Assembly (NCBI GenBank): GCA_023265925.1
Contig: JAHFSD010000003.1
Span: 1-51,481 of the forward strand
DNA length: 51,481 nt
Direction: 5' to 3'
From: an archaeon
Lineage (GTDB): Archaea; Nanobdellota; Nanobdellia; Woesearchaeales; GW2011-AR9
Part shown: positions 28,616 through 37,612 of the stretch, one piece after another
How the letters are laid out: each line of letters begins with the position of its first letter
Position numbering within the stretch: the first letter of the stretch is position 1
The notes under the pieces: model-generated
Database searches by the model: none
Told to the model about the DNA's origin: nothing
The model's input: only the letters and a program-made list of their open reading frames with translations
Translations under genes and position numbers: made by a program

Positions 28616-29125
28616 TTATTTCTTCCCACCCATGTAAAAGTACTTCTCAATCGAGACTTCTTCCTGCTTATAGCTGCCGGTGCGGGGATGGGACGTGGAT
28701 TCGGAGCTGGCAGCTGGTTTGGCTGTCGGAGCAGGATTATGGGCTGGCTCCGCCGATCTGCTGAACAGCATTTTCTGCTTCAGGGAAGAGACTTCTCCTT
28801 CTAGGGCGGTAATCTTTCCCTGGAATTCCTTAATCGTTTTGACCAGAAATTGGCTGTTTTTCTCTAAAATTTCCTGAATCTTGTCTGATGATAAAGCTAC
28901 TTGCTGGGCTGCTGAGGAAGCTGCTCCGGAGAAAGCCGCTTTCTGCTCGACGATCCTGCTTTCTGAACTTCCTTCTTTGGTTATCTTCAGCGCCTGGGTA
29001 TCGCCGGACAGATCCTTAAAGAACTTTTCAGCCTGAGTGACAGCATCCTGCCGATCGGTGGCCATGCCCTTGCGCAGCAACTCCATCGCCATCGCATTAA
29101 TCTTCTGAATTCGTTCGACATCCAT
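28616..29125 (-). CDS. Hypothetical protein with coiled coil
   Basis: 169-aa ORF, GAGG SD, heptad segment IKEFQGKITALEGEVSSLK. Confidence 0.75.
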   Translation of the reverse strand: MDVERIQKINAMAMELLRKGMATDRQDAVTQAEKFFKDLSGDTQALKITKEGSSESRIVEQKAAFSGAASSAAQQVALSSDKIQEILEKNSQFLVKTIKEFQGKITALEGEVSSLKQKMLFSRSAEPAHNPAPTAKPAASSESTSHPRTGSYKQEEVSIEKYFYMGGKK

Positions 29126-29232
29126 GATCGTCGGCCTCTTTTAATTGGAATAGGGTGCGCAAAGAACGGCGGTATATAACGTTTTCGATTCTGGGGGAGA
29201 TAGGAGAAAACCATATTGCCTTCGTCATACGT

Positions 29233-29481
29233 TTATTGAAGATATTTTTCTATCTCTGCTCTTCTTCGGGGATTCAGCGATACGTGCAATCCATACGATG
29301 TAGGCTTGGGAATAAGAATCTCTTCTTTAATCAACTCCTTTGCTGCTTCTTTCACCTCGCCTTTGACGTGGCCAGCCAGACCTTTCTTCAGATTCTCAAT
29401 ATCAGTATGCCTTCCTCCAACATAACCATGATGGAATAATTTCTTGACAATAAAACCTTTCAGCTGCTCCAATTCCATCAC
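29233..29481 (-). CDS. Small hypothetical (winged-helix-like) protein
   Basis: 82-aa ORF with GGAG SD, divergent from the wHTH gene at 29584. Confidence 0.7.
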   Translation of the reverse strand: MMELEQLKGFIVKKLFHHGYVGGRHTDIENLKKGLAGHVKGEVKEAAKELIKEEILIPKPTSYGLHVSLNPRRRAEIEKYLQ

Positions 29482-29583
29482 TTCTCCAGAAAAATCTAAT
29501 GGTATAAAAATGTTTTTATTACAAAAAATGTAACCACCAACACCAAAAAGTATATAAACAAGTATTACTTTTTAACATCAACC

Positions 29584-29907
29584 ATGGATGAGCAATCAAT
29601 TTTCATCAGGACGTTTGGTGATTATCCCTTAATCAGAATACTGGACTTCCTGATTTACTCCCGTGACTTTGATTACCCTATTACTGAAATTGCCAAGAAT
29701 GCCGAGGTGAATTTTCAAACTTTAAAGAAAGTTTGGCCGCAACTGGAACAGAATGGAATCATTGTTTCCACCAGAACGCTGGCCGGTGCAGTTCTCTACA
29801 GGATCAATACCGCTAATCCCGTCGCCCAAAAAATCATTGAGCTGAATAACTTTCTGTGTTGGGAATACGCAGAAAGAGCAGAACAGGAAAAAGAAATTAC
29901 CGCCTAA
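29584..29907 (+). CDS. Winged-helix DNA-binding protein (paralogue of 23241-23588)
   Basis: GDYPLIRILDFLI...YPITEIAKNAEVNFQTL...AGAVLYRIN. Confidence 0.8.
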   Translation: MDEQSIFIRTFGDYPLIRILDFLIYSRDFDYPITEIAKNAEVNFQTLKKVWPQLEQNGIIVSTRTLAGAVLYRINTANPVAQKIIELNNFLCWEYAERAEQEKEITA

Positions 29908-29912
29908 TTCCT

Positions 29913-30056
29913 TTACCCACACACTAACGGTATCTTGAACGGCAATACTCCTTTTGTTCCCAATAACACCAACACAAACCCGATAATCAGGCCCAGAATC
30001 AGGCCGCCCAAAAAGTACTTAAATTCAATGATCCCTAGTTGCCCCTTTTTATCCAT
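29913..30056 (-). CDS. Small pilin-like membrane peptide with class III signal peptide
   Basis: MDKKGQ-LGIIEF followed by a hydrophobic helix; true start ATG 30056 lies within the 102-aa ORF call. Confidence 0.65.
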   Translation of the reverse strand: MDKKGQLGIIEFKYFLGGLILGLIIGFVLVLLGTKGVLPFKIPLVCG

Positions 30057-30101
30057 AATACGATAGAAAAACAACAACCTATATAAATTTTTTCCGAAAG
30101 A

Positions 30102-30109
30102 TTTATAAA
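30102..30109 (+). promoter_or_regulatory. TATA box for tfb
   Basis: CCGAAAGA-TTTATAAA (BRE plus TATA). Confidence 0.6.
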
Positions 30110-30159
30110 GGGGAAGAGGAAAAATCATCTCTTCGCCCTGCTGGTGATAGTTCTGCCCT

Positions 30160-31116
30160 ATGCCTACCCCTCTCCTCCGCAAATCTATTCGGGAATGCCC
30201 GGAATGTGCCAGCAAGAACATCTACCGGGACGTGGAGCGCGGCGAAACCATCTGTCGGGACTGTGGCTTAGTCATTGAAGACCGGATGATTGATTTCTCG
30301 CAGGAATGGCGTGAATTTGATGATGACGGCGGCGAGAGTAAGCGAAGAACAGGCGCTCCGGCCAGCCAGACCCAGTTTGATCAGGGTTTAGGAACGGAAG
30401 TGGGGACGACTGCTGATTTCTATAAGCTCGGCTCAGATCGGGACCGGGATAAATTCTTTCGCTTGCGGAAATGGAACATTCGCATCAGCACTGCCATTGA
30501 ACGGAATCTGAAGGTAGCTCTCGCTGAATTAAAACGGGTAAGCTCCTTTTTGAAACTGCCTAAATCGGTGGAAGAGGAAGCCGCCCGGGTGTATCGTCTG
30601 GCCGTGCAGAAAGGATTAGTGCGGGGACGATCGATGGAATCGGTCGTAGCCGGAGCACTGTACGCGGCCTGCCGGCGGCATGAAATTCCCCGAACGTTAG
30701 ATGAGATGGGCGAAGCCTCCGGCATTGAAAAGAAGGAAATCGGCCGGACCTATCGCTTTGTGACCAGGGAACTGGATATCAGCATCAAGCCGAGCAATCC
30801 GGCAGACTACATTCCCCGGTTTGCCTCAGCCTTAAAATTAGCACCGGAGACGCAGTCCAAAGCCGTGGAAATTCTGGAAATGGCCCGGGACATTGAGCTT
30901 ACCTCTGGCCGGGGGCCGACCGGGATCGCAGCTGCGGCGTTGTATGTTGCCAGTTTGTTACGCGGCGAGAAGAGAACGCAGCGGGAAGTGGCTGACGTGG
31001 CCGGTGTTACCGAAGTGACGATCAGGAACCGGTATAAAGAGTTAATCAAGCGCCTGAAGTTAGGGAAGAAAGTGGAAAAGAGCAAGGAAGGGAAAGGGAG
31101 CAAGAAAAAGAAGTGA
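30160..31116 (+). CDS. tfb: Transcription initiation factor IIB
   Basis: Zn ribbon CPEC...CRDC, EWREF B-reader, two cyclin repeats, TQREVADVAGVTEVTIRNRYKEL. Confidence 0.98.
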   Translation: MPTPLLRKSIRECPECASKNIYRDVERGETICRDCGLVIEDRMIDFSQEWREFDDDGGESKRRTGAPASQTQFDQGLGTEVGTTADFYKLGSDRDRDKFFRLRKWNIRISTAIERNLKVALAELKRVSSFLKLPKSVEEEAARVYRLAVQKGLVRGRSMESVVAGALYAACRRHEIPRTLDEMGEASGIEKKEIGRTYRFVTRELDISIKPSNPADYIPRFASALKLAPETQSKAVEILEMARDIELTSGRGPTGIAAAALYVASLLRGEKRTQREVADVAGVTEVTIRNRYKELIKRLKLGKKVEKSKEGKGSKKKK

Positions 31117-31539
31117 GGTGAGCGGATGTTCTGGAGGAAAAATGGGAGAAGTAATACCGTCTAAGCCAGGGGAAATAAAAATCCCAATCGCCCAAAGGGA
31201 TGGGGTATTTTAAGTAATGGGGATTTTTAATGTTGTGAACCCCGCTCGATAATATGATTATAGGAGGATACCCAATCGCTGCAAGCAGCGGGGTATCACA
31301 ACAAATGAATGCGTATGATTTCGTGAATTGTGGGACGGCTTCCCGTGTTAAACTCGTCGACCATACAAAGTGAGGTCGACCGACGAACGATAGTGAGGAG
31401 AGTTTCTTTCCACCGTACGTCGAGATTGGCACCGTAGCGTAGCCGAGTGATATTTAAATAGTGTAGTAGAATGAGGAGGGGCATAATGCGATAGCAATCT
31501 TTTTAAGGTTCCTCACATTTTTTCGATAAAAGAGGTATA

Positions 31540-32859
31540 ATGATGAGAGAATCAGAAAGTCTTGAATTAAAGAAGTCAACTTCAGAACTTAAAGAGGCGA
31601 TAATTTCTATAGTTTCAATTCTTAACAAGCATCAGAAAGGAGAAGTTTATTTTAGCATTAAGAATGATGGCGCTGTTGTCGGGCAAACCGTTACCGAAAA
31701 TACTATCAGAGAGATTTCTAAGGCAATTTCTGATAATATTGAGCCAAAGATATTTCCTAAAATCAATGAAGTTCTATTGGAAGAAAAGAAATGTATTCGC
31801 GTTGAATTTTCTGGAGAACATAATCCGTATTATGCTTTTGGAAGAGCCTATATTCGTGTCGGAGATGAAGATAAGAAAATCAGTTCGCAGGAGTTGGAAA
31901 AGTTTATTCTGAAGAAAAATAAAGTTTTATGGGAAGAAGAAATTTCGGAAAAGACTTTAAAGGATGTTAATGAGGAAACGCTCAAAGATTTTGTTGAACG
32001 AGCAAATGTAGCAAAACGGATAGACTTCAAATTTACGAATACTAAATCGGTGCTTAACAAATTAGGTTTGATGAAAGGTGATAAATTACTCAAAGCTGCT
32101 GAAGTCTTGTTTTGTGATAATAATCATTTGGAAGTTCAAGCAGCTGTTTTCGCTGGAATCAATAAACTCACGTTTCTTGACATCCGACAGTTTAAAGGAA
32201 ATGTCTTCCAACTCTTGCAACAGTCAGAATCTTACATTAAAGAACATATCGATTGGCGAGCTGAACTGAAAGAGCGTGTGCGGAAAGAAATACCAGAAAT
32301 TTCTGTAAGAGCAATTACAGAAGCATTAGTGAACTCATTATGCCATCGTGATTATACCAACAGGAAAGGCAACGAAATAGCTATTTTTAAAGATCGCGTG
32401 GAAATTTATAATCCTGGTCAGTTTCCCGAAGGCTATACACCTAAAGACTTCATCAAAGGAACAGAAAGGTCAATTCTCAGAAATCCGCTTATTGCTCATA
32501 CGCTCTACTTGAGTAAAGACATCGAGCGCTGGGGTTCTGGGTTGAAAAGGATTTATGATGCTTGTGCTGATGAAAAGGTTAAAGTTGAGTTTCAGGAGCT
32601 GAAGAGTGGGTTTCTGGTAGTGTTTGGCAGGAAGTTCGGAGGTGCTGGCGGTGAAATGTTCGGAGAAGGTTCGGAGAAAAGTTCGGAGAAGATTTTAGTC
32701 TTAATTAAAGAGAACAAATCCATTTCTGCACGAGAGATGGCTGTGATTATTGGTATTTCCCAAAGGGCGGTAGAGAAGCAACTAGCTATTCTGAAGAAGG
32801 AGAAACGTATTAAAAGAGTCGGGGGAGCAAAAGGAGGGTATTGGGAAGAAAAGGATTAA
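31540..32859 (+). CDS. Schlafen/AlbA_2 domain + HATPase_c_4 (RecG C-terminal-like) + wHTH protein
   Basis: ESESLELKKS, EALVNSLCHRDY, IFKDRVEIYNPG, LRNPLIA, IERWGSG, C-terminal GGAKGGYW; markedly AT-rich. Confidence 0.88.
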   Translation: MMRESESLELKKSTSELKEAIISIVSILNKHQKGEVYFSIKNDGAVVGQTVTENTIREISKAISDNIEPKIFPKINEVLLEEKKCIRVEFSGEHNPYYAFGRAYIRVGDEDKKISSQELEKFILKKNKVLWEEEISEKTLKDVNEETLKDFVERANVAKRIDFKFTNTKSVLNKLGLMKGDKLLKAAEVLFCDNNHLEVQAAVFAGINKLTFLDIRQFKGNVFQLLQQSESYIKEHIDWRAELKERVRKEIPEISVRAITEALVNSLCHRDYTNRKGNEIAIFKDRVEIYNPGQFPEGYTPKDFIKGTERSILRNPLIAHTLYLSKDIERWGSGLKRIYDACADEKVKVEFQELKSGFLVVFGRKFGGAGGEMFGEGSEKSSEKILVLIKENKSISAREMAVIIGISQRAVEKQLAILKKEKRIKRVGGAKGGYWEEKD

Positions 32860-32863
32860 AGAA

Positions 32864-32977
32864 ATGATCCCCGAAAGGCATATCTGCTTCTTCGTGGAGG
32901 AGTTTGTCGAATCTCTCGATTTCTCCAACTTCGACCTTATTTATGCCGGAGCAGGCCATCCCGCCTACCCTCCCCGC
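32864..32977 (+). pseudogene. IS1182-family transposase N-terminal remnant
   Basis: MIPERHICFFVEEFVESLDFSNFDLIYAGAGHPAYPPR resembles the DUF772 N-terminus (G-x-P-A-Y-x-P); the frame degenerates after it. Confidence 0.65.
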
Positions 32978-33013
32978 ACTAATCCTTTCTGCACTGCCGA
33001 CCCCCTAACTGCC

Positions 33014-34009
33014 TTATTTTTCATCCACTAACCGCTTCAACCCTTCCCCATCCAACCTCTCGATCTTTACCCCTTGCTGCTCAACTATTCTCGCTGCCAT
33101 TAACGATCCCAGCCGCCCCGCCTTTTCCAGCGTCCACCCCCGGCAATACCCATACAAAAATCCCGCCGCATAGGTATCGCCCGCTCCGGTCGTGTCAATG
33201 GCTGTAGCCGGGAAGGAATCTATTCTGGTAATCGTGCCTTTATGACCAATGAATGAGCCGTGCTCTCCCCTTTTGACAATCGCGATCGAGACCAGTTTCT
33301 GTAATTCCCTCACCGCGTTCTCAGCATTAAAGCCCGTCAATTCTCTCGCTTCTTCCTCATTCACGAAGACAATGTCGGCATATTTTTTGATGAGCTCCTG
33401 CAGAAAAGTGGTATTCCTCCGTATCACCCCGGGATCAGATAAGTCCAGCGACACCAGAGTATCATGGCTCTTAGCCAACGTGATGGCCTGCAACACCATC
33501 TCCCTCGTCGGCCCTTCCAGCTGATAACCTTCCAGATGAAGAATTTTGCTGTTTTTGATGTCCTCTTCCACCAGATCTTCTTGGGCCATATTCACGGCTG
33601 CTCCCAGATGTACGGAAAAAGTTCGCTGGGCGTCCGGCGTGATAAAAGCCAGGGCGTGGCCCGTGAGAGCAGGATGTTTGCTCAGGCGCGAATGAACACC
33701 GGCTTTCTCGAGCTCGTTGATATAATGGTGGCCGTGTTGATCATGGCCTACTTTCCCGCAAAAGATGGCGTGCCCCCCTAAATGAGCGATAGCCCGGATA
33801 GTATTCGCAACGGAACCGCCCGGAACCGTTTCCAGCCGATAGTGGCTAAGTAAACTTAATAATTCTGCAGCCTGCTCTGCTGTAGCCAGATGAAATTCGC
33901 CCTTCTTCAAATTCAATTGGGTTAATTTTTGGTCATCCACTTCCACCAGAAAATCCATAATGGCATTGCCTATACCTATAACATCATACTGTTTTTCTGG
34001 TGGTGTCAT
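33014..34009 (-). CDS. PfkB-family (adenosine kinase-like) kinase
   Basis: GIGNAIMD, PGGSVANT, VKRGEHGS, DTTGAGDTYAAGFLYG. Confidence 0.92.
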   Translation of the reverse strand: MTPPEKQYDVIGIGNAIMDFLVEVDDQKLTQLNLKKGEFHLATAEQAAELLSLLSHYRLETVPGGSVANTIRAIAHLGGHAIFCGKVGHDQHGHHYINELEKAGVHSRLSKHPALTGHALAFITPDAQRTFSVHLGAAVNMAQEDLVEEDIKNSKILHLEGYQLEGPTREMVLQAITLAKSHDTLVSLDLSDPGVIRRNTTFLQELIKKYADIVFVNEEEARELTGFNAENAVRELQKLVSIAIVKRGEHGSFIGHKGTITRIDSFPATAIDTTGAGDTYAAGFLYGYCRGWTLEKAGRLGSLMAARIVEQQGVKIERLDGEGLKRLVDEK

Positions 34010-34033
34010 TGCCTTTTGTTTTCTTTAAATCAG

Positions 34034-34573
34034 TTACTCTCCTTCAAACTCAATGAGATGAAATGGTGCGTACTGCTGTAATTTTTCTTCTCCTTTCAAA
34101 TCGGAAAGGCTGATAACAAAGGCTATTCCCGCGATCGTGCCACCTAATTTTTCTACCAACTGACAGGCAGCTTGGGCAGTTCCCCCGGTGGCTATTAAAT
34201 CGTCAATAATGAGGACCTGATCTCCTTTCTGTATGGCATCCTTATGAACTTCAATTTTATCCGTGCCATATTCCAGCTGATATTCCTGTGCTTCCGTCTC
34301 GGCGGGCAATTTTCCCTTTTTCCGCAGCAGGACGAACGGCAATTTTAATTCATACGCCAGAGCAGCCCCAAAAATAAAGCCTCTCGATTCAATCCCGGCG
34401 ATCTTGGTGATAGTCTTCCCCTGATAATGCTGTCGAAACTGCCTGATCACTTCCTGAAAAGCTGCAGGATTTAGCAGCAGCGTGGTAATGTCGCGGAACA
34501 TGATGCCTGGCTTGGGCCAATTGGGGATAGTGCGGATAGTTCCCTTGATGTTGATCACTTTGCTATCGGCCAT
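34034..34573 (-). CDS. apt: Adenine phosphoribosyltransferase
   Basis: WPKPGIMFRDIT, GIESRGF, RKKGKLP, YQLEYG, IIDDLIATGGT. Confidence 0.96.
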   Translation of the reverse strand: MADSKVINIKGTIRTIPNWPKPGIMFRDITTLLLNPAAFQEVIRQFRQHYQGKTITKIAGIESRGFIFGAALAYELKLPFVLLRKKGKLPAETEAQEYQLEYGTDKIEVHKDAIQKGDQVLIIDDLIATGGTAQAACQLVEKLGGTIAGIAFVISLSDLKGEEKLQQYAPFHLIEFEGE

Positions 34574-35368
34574 TTATACACCACCCATGATCGCCGTTTT
34601 GACATCTTCCCGGCATTGACAAGGCCAATCGCTGATGTTCGGAATAGTGTGCAGGAATAATTGGATTACTTTTTCGACGTTCTGATGAAAGACCTTCAGC
34701 ACTTCTTCCCAGGTGACTCGCTCTGTTGCGGAACGCCAGCAGTCATAGTCAGTACTCATGGCAACGGCAGCATAACAGATGCCGGCTTCCCGGGCGAGGA
34801 CCACTTCAGGAACCGTGGACATGTTAATCACGTCAGCGTTCCAGCTGCGGAACAGGCTTGATTCTGCTCTGGTCGAGAAACGCGGGCCTTCAATCGTGAC
34901 GACTATACCCCGGGGATGATGGGACAATTTTAATTCGGTGGCAGCGGAGGTAAGAATCGCTCTCAATTTTGGGCAGAATGGTTCCGCCATGGAGATATGA
35001 CAGACTTTTCCTTCTTCATATAAAGTTTGCTTTCGTTTGGTGGTACGGTCAATGAATTGGTCAACGAACACAAAATCGCCGGGCTTGATTTCTTCGTTCA
35101 ATGAGCCGCAGGCCGTCGAGGCAAAAATATGGGTACAGCCCTGCTCTTTCAAAGCCCAGATATTGGCTTGGTTATTGACCTTGCTGGGCATGATGGAATG
35201 ATTGCGGCCGTGGCGGGCTAACAGAACTACGTCAATGCTTTGGATTTTTCCGATTTTTAATGGTGAGGAGGGCTTTCCATAGGGTGTGAGAACATCAATA
35301 TCCTTTGCTTCTTTCAGTATAGCGGGGTTATCGAGTCCCGAGCCGCCGATGAGGCCGATTTTGAGCAT
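34574..35368 (-). CDS. mtnP: 5'-methylthioadenosine phosphorylase
   Basis: [47 protein letters not shown]. Confidence 0.94.
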   Translation of the reverse strand: MLKIGLIGGSGLDNPAILKEAKDIDVLTPYGKPSSPLKIGKIQSIDVVLLARHGRNHSIMPSKVNNQANIWALKEQGCTHIFASTACGSLNEEIKPGDFVFVDQFIDRTTKRKQTLYEEGKVCHISMAEPFCPKLRAILTSAATELKLSHHPRGIVVTIEGPRFSTRAESSLFRSWNADVINMSTVPEVVLAREAGICYAAVAMSTDYDCWRSATERVTWEEVLKVFHQNVEKVIQLFLHTIPNISDWPCQCREDVKTAIMGGV

Positions 35369-35470
35369 GGTTGTATCTCTGAGCTTGCTCTTCTTAAGTT
35401 TTGTGGAAAGTGTTTCTGGATACTACAAGAAGTGTTTCGGGAGTGTACTTAAAGACGGGCGAATGGGATC

Positions 35471-36124
35471 CTAAAAAAATTTCATCTCTTGGTTACCAAT
35501 CACTTCCTGTGCCATCATATTGTTCCACAGCAGCATCGCGGATGCCAGTGCACCCGGTTCATCTTTTTTACCAAATAACTGAAGAATATTTTTCTTGGAC
35601 AGATTGTTAAAAATATCGGCAGATTCACGGGCACTTTTACCCCGCAGAAGCGCTAGCGCCAATTCATTTGAAGGCTGTAGGAAGAGTTGAGCAATTTTAT
35701 CTTTTAATGGTGTTGTTGATCTGCTGGTATCAATCCAAAAGCTAAATGGCTGGTTATAACCAATAAAACATCCCCCTTCCTGGGTGCTTGCTCTTCCCAA
35801 TGATGCCGCGGCACTACAAGCCCGAGCATAGGTTAATTTTCCCTGAAGCAGCTGGTGATTCTGACCTTCCCTGATTAAATATTCGGTTTCGGTGCCAATT
35901 TTATCCCCGTAAATGGTCTGCTCATCTCCATGGGCATTAAACAGCAGTAATTGGGGTTGCCGTTTTATGATACTGGTTTCAACATTATTTCTTCTTAATC
36001 TGGGGCGTTTAAATTGACTGATGGGGATACCATTATCTTCAGCAAACTTGACAAGTTCCTCAGCATAGCAATAAAAGTAAGAAGTAGCATCATCATAATT
36101 GGGCAGGGTAATAATTGCTTTCAT
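35471..36124 (-). CDS. Putative caspase/gingipain-fold (clan CD) cysteine protease
   Basis: LLFNAHG (His65) and YARAC (Cys103) each at the end of a predicted beta-strand, followed by CFIGY; ATGA-coupled to the upstream gene. Confidence 0.6.
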   Translation of the reverse strand: MKAIITLPNYDDATSYFYCYAEELVKFAEDNGIPISQFKRPRLRRNNVETSIIKRQPQLLLFNAHGDEQTIYGDKIGTETEYLIREGQNHQLLQGKLTYARACSAAASLGRASTQEGGCFIGYNQPFSFWIDTSRSTTPLKDKIAQLFLQPSNELALALLRGKSARESADIFNNLSKKNILQLFGKKDEPGALASAMLLWNNMMAQEVIGNQEMKFF

Positions 36125-36348
36125 TCTGCTATGGCCCTGGAGAAGTCACCACTTGCTAACGCTTTCATAAAGTTTAGCTGCATTTTAGCAAACATTACTC
36201 CAATGTCATCCCCCTTTTCTACATGTTGTTTTAGTTCTTCTTTGGTATAAGTGCCTTTAGTACCTACTGACAACTTAAAGTTCGGAGGGATAGCTTCCAG
36301 CTTCCACAACACTATTTTCTTCAGCTCTTCCGATATTTTTTCAGTCAT
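36121..36348 (-). CDS. Small hypothetical protein, paralogue of 36345-36548
   Basis: 75 aa; 4-nt overlaps with both neighbours. Confidence 0.75.
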   Translation of the reverse strand: MTEKISEELKKIVLWKLEAIPPNFKLSVGTKGTYTKEELKQHVEKGDDIGVMFAKMQLNFMKALASGDFSRAIAE

Positions 36349-36548
36349 AGTAAGCCCAACTTTTTTAGTATTTTTAATATTTTCCTTCCCGTTTCTGACC
36401 CACTCTTAACTTCTATCGTTGCCGCCACCCAGGTATAAGGATTATCATCCACAACGGCAATTACTTCTTCAGACTTCACTTTTTGAGGAAGATTAGCAAA
36501 GGCTTTAAGAAATTTTGTTCTGAGAAATTGATAGTCATCTTTGGCCAT
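36345..36548 (-). CDS. Small hypothetical protein, paralogue of 36121-36348
   Basis: 67 aa; own minus-strand TATA (TTTATATA, about 36571-36578). Confidence 0.75.
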   Translation of the reverse strand: MAKDDYQFLRTKFLKAFANLPQKVKSEEVIAVVDDNPYTWVAATIEVKSGSETGRKILKILKKLGLL

Positions 36549-36651
36549 ATTCCTTACTAAATAAGTGACCTATATAAAGTTTCTTGTGTGCGGAGTGAGG
36601 GGATATTTCCTGGAGGCTGGTCTAGCCCTGAGCCGCCAATGAGGCTGATCT

Positions 36652-37083
36652 TCAATTTTTGTCTCTCTTCCATTCTTTAATAAGTGGTGAGAAGTCCAGT
36701 TGATAATCAGGAATGCCCAGTTTTAAACCGTATTTCGTAACATCTCTATATCGTTCTGGTTTAGTGCGTTCAACTTTGAACACTTTGTGGCGAAAAATAA
36801 TATAATGAAATTTATCGTTTTTGAAATCAGCATACCAGGAATGTTTAGAATCCAATGCTGTACTCAGCTCCTTGGCAACCATCTTAGCTTGATTCTCTGG
36901 AATTTCAACCGTGTGTAAAGTCCATCGTTTAACCCAGGGGGTCTGGTGGTTTTTAGTAACTTTTTCAATTTTCGTTTTGACAATTCTTACTTTTTGCAGA
37001 ATAGTTTTATTTTCCAGGCTTTCCTCAATAATAACACCAATGAAATAATCTACACTTTGTGGCATCCTTATTTTTTGAACCAT
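36652..37083 (-). CDS. Hypothetical protein
   Basis: 143-aa ORF starting 1 nt after the HEPN stop; IIEESL, WYADFK and GIPDYQLDF segments; no function recognised. Confidence 0.75.
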   Translation of the reverse strand: MVQKIRMPQSVDYFIGVIIEESLENKTILQKVRIVKTKIEKVTKNHQTPWVKRWTLHTVEIPENQAKMVAKELSTALDSKHSWYADFKNDKFHYIIFRHKVFKVERTKPERYRDVTKYGLKLGIPDYQLDFSPLIKEWKRDKN

Positions 37084-37084
37084 T

Positions 37085-37612
37085 TTATGTATCCTGCAGG
37101 ATTAACCCTATTTTTGCCACAAATTTCGTGGCATTTTCAAAAACTTCCTGCAATCTTCTCTCCGTGTAGGTTGTAATCGCTGAATAGCGCGCAATATGAC
37201 TTTCAGTTTTGGCATCCTCAAAATAATGAACATATTCATCCTCAAAAATTTTGTGGGACTGGTTAAGAATTTCTAAATCTTCCCTTTCCAGCTTATCCGG
37301 CACTAATAAGTGCCCCAGGGCAATCTGAGCGGCGTCATGGTCTTGGACTTCATAGCCTTTAAACAAAATTGCTGCCTTAGCTGCATACAGCATCGAATAA
37401 TAGAAACTGGTCATGGCCCAATAATCCCAATACATTCTTGGTGGCTGGTCTTTAGTTGGTTTTAAGTCTTTAATATGCTTGGCAATCAGCAGGCTATTCT
37501 CAGCTTTAGCCAGAAATAATTTAATCTTGAAGGTCTCCAATGATTTTTTAATCCTGTTTTCTGCCAGAGCAGTCTTGAATAGATTGGCATAAGCTCTTCG
37601 GTCAAATTCCAT
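37085..37612 (-). CDS. HEPN-domain protein
   Basis: FLAKAENSL, FYYSMLYAAKAAIL, HDAAQIAL pattern; overlaps the MNT gene. Confidence 0.8.
   Translation of the reverse strand: MEFDRRAYANLFKTALAENRIKKSLETFKIKLFLAKAENSLLIAKHIKDLKPTKDQPPRMYWDYWAMTSFYYSMLYAAKAAILFKGYEVQDHDAAQIALGHLLVPDKLEREDLEILNQSHKIFEDEYVHYFEDAKTESHIARYSAITTYTERRLQEVFENATKFVAKIGLILQDT

Noticed and set aside
31120-31460. RNase P RNA, SRP RNA or another intron-split tRNA
   Set aside because: No GAGGAAAGUCC/ACAGAA pair, no SRP helix-8 motif, and no matching acceptor-stem halves were found by eye.
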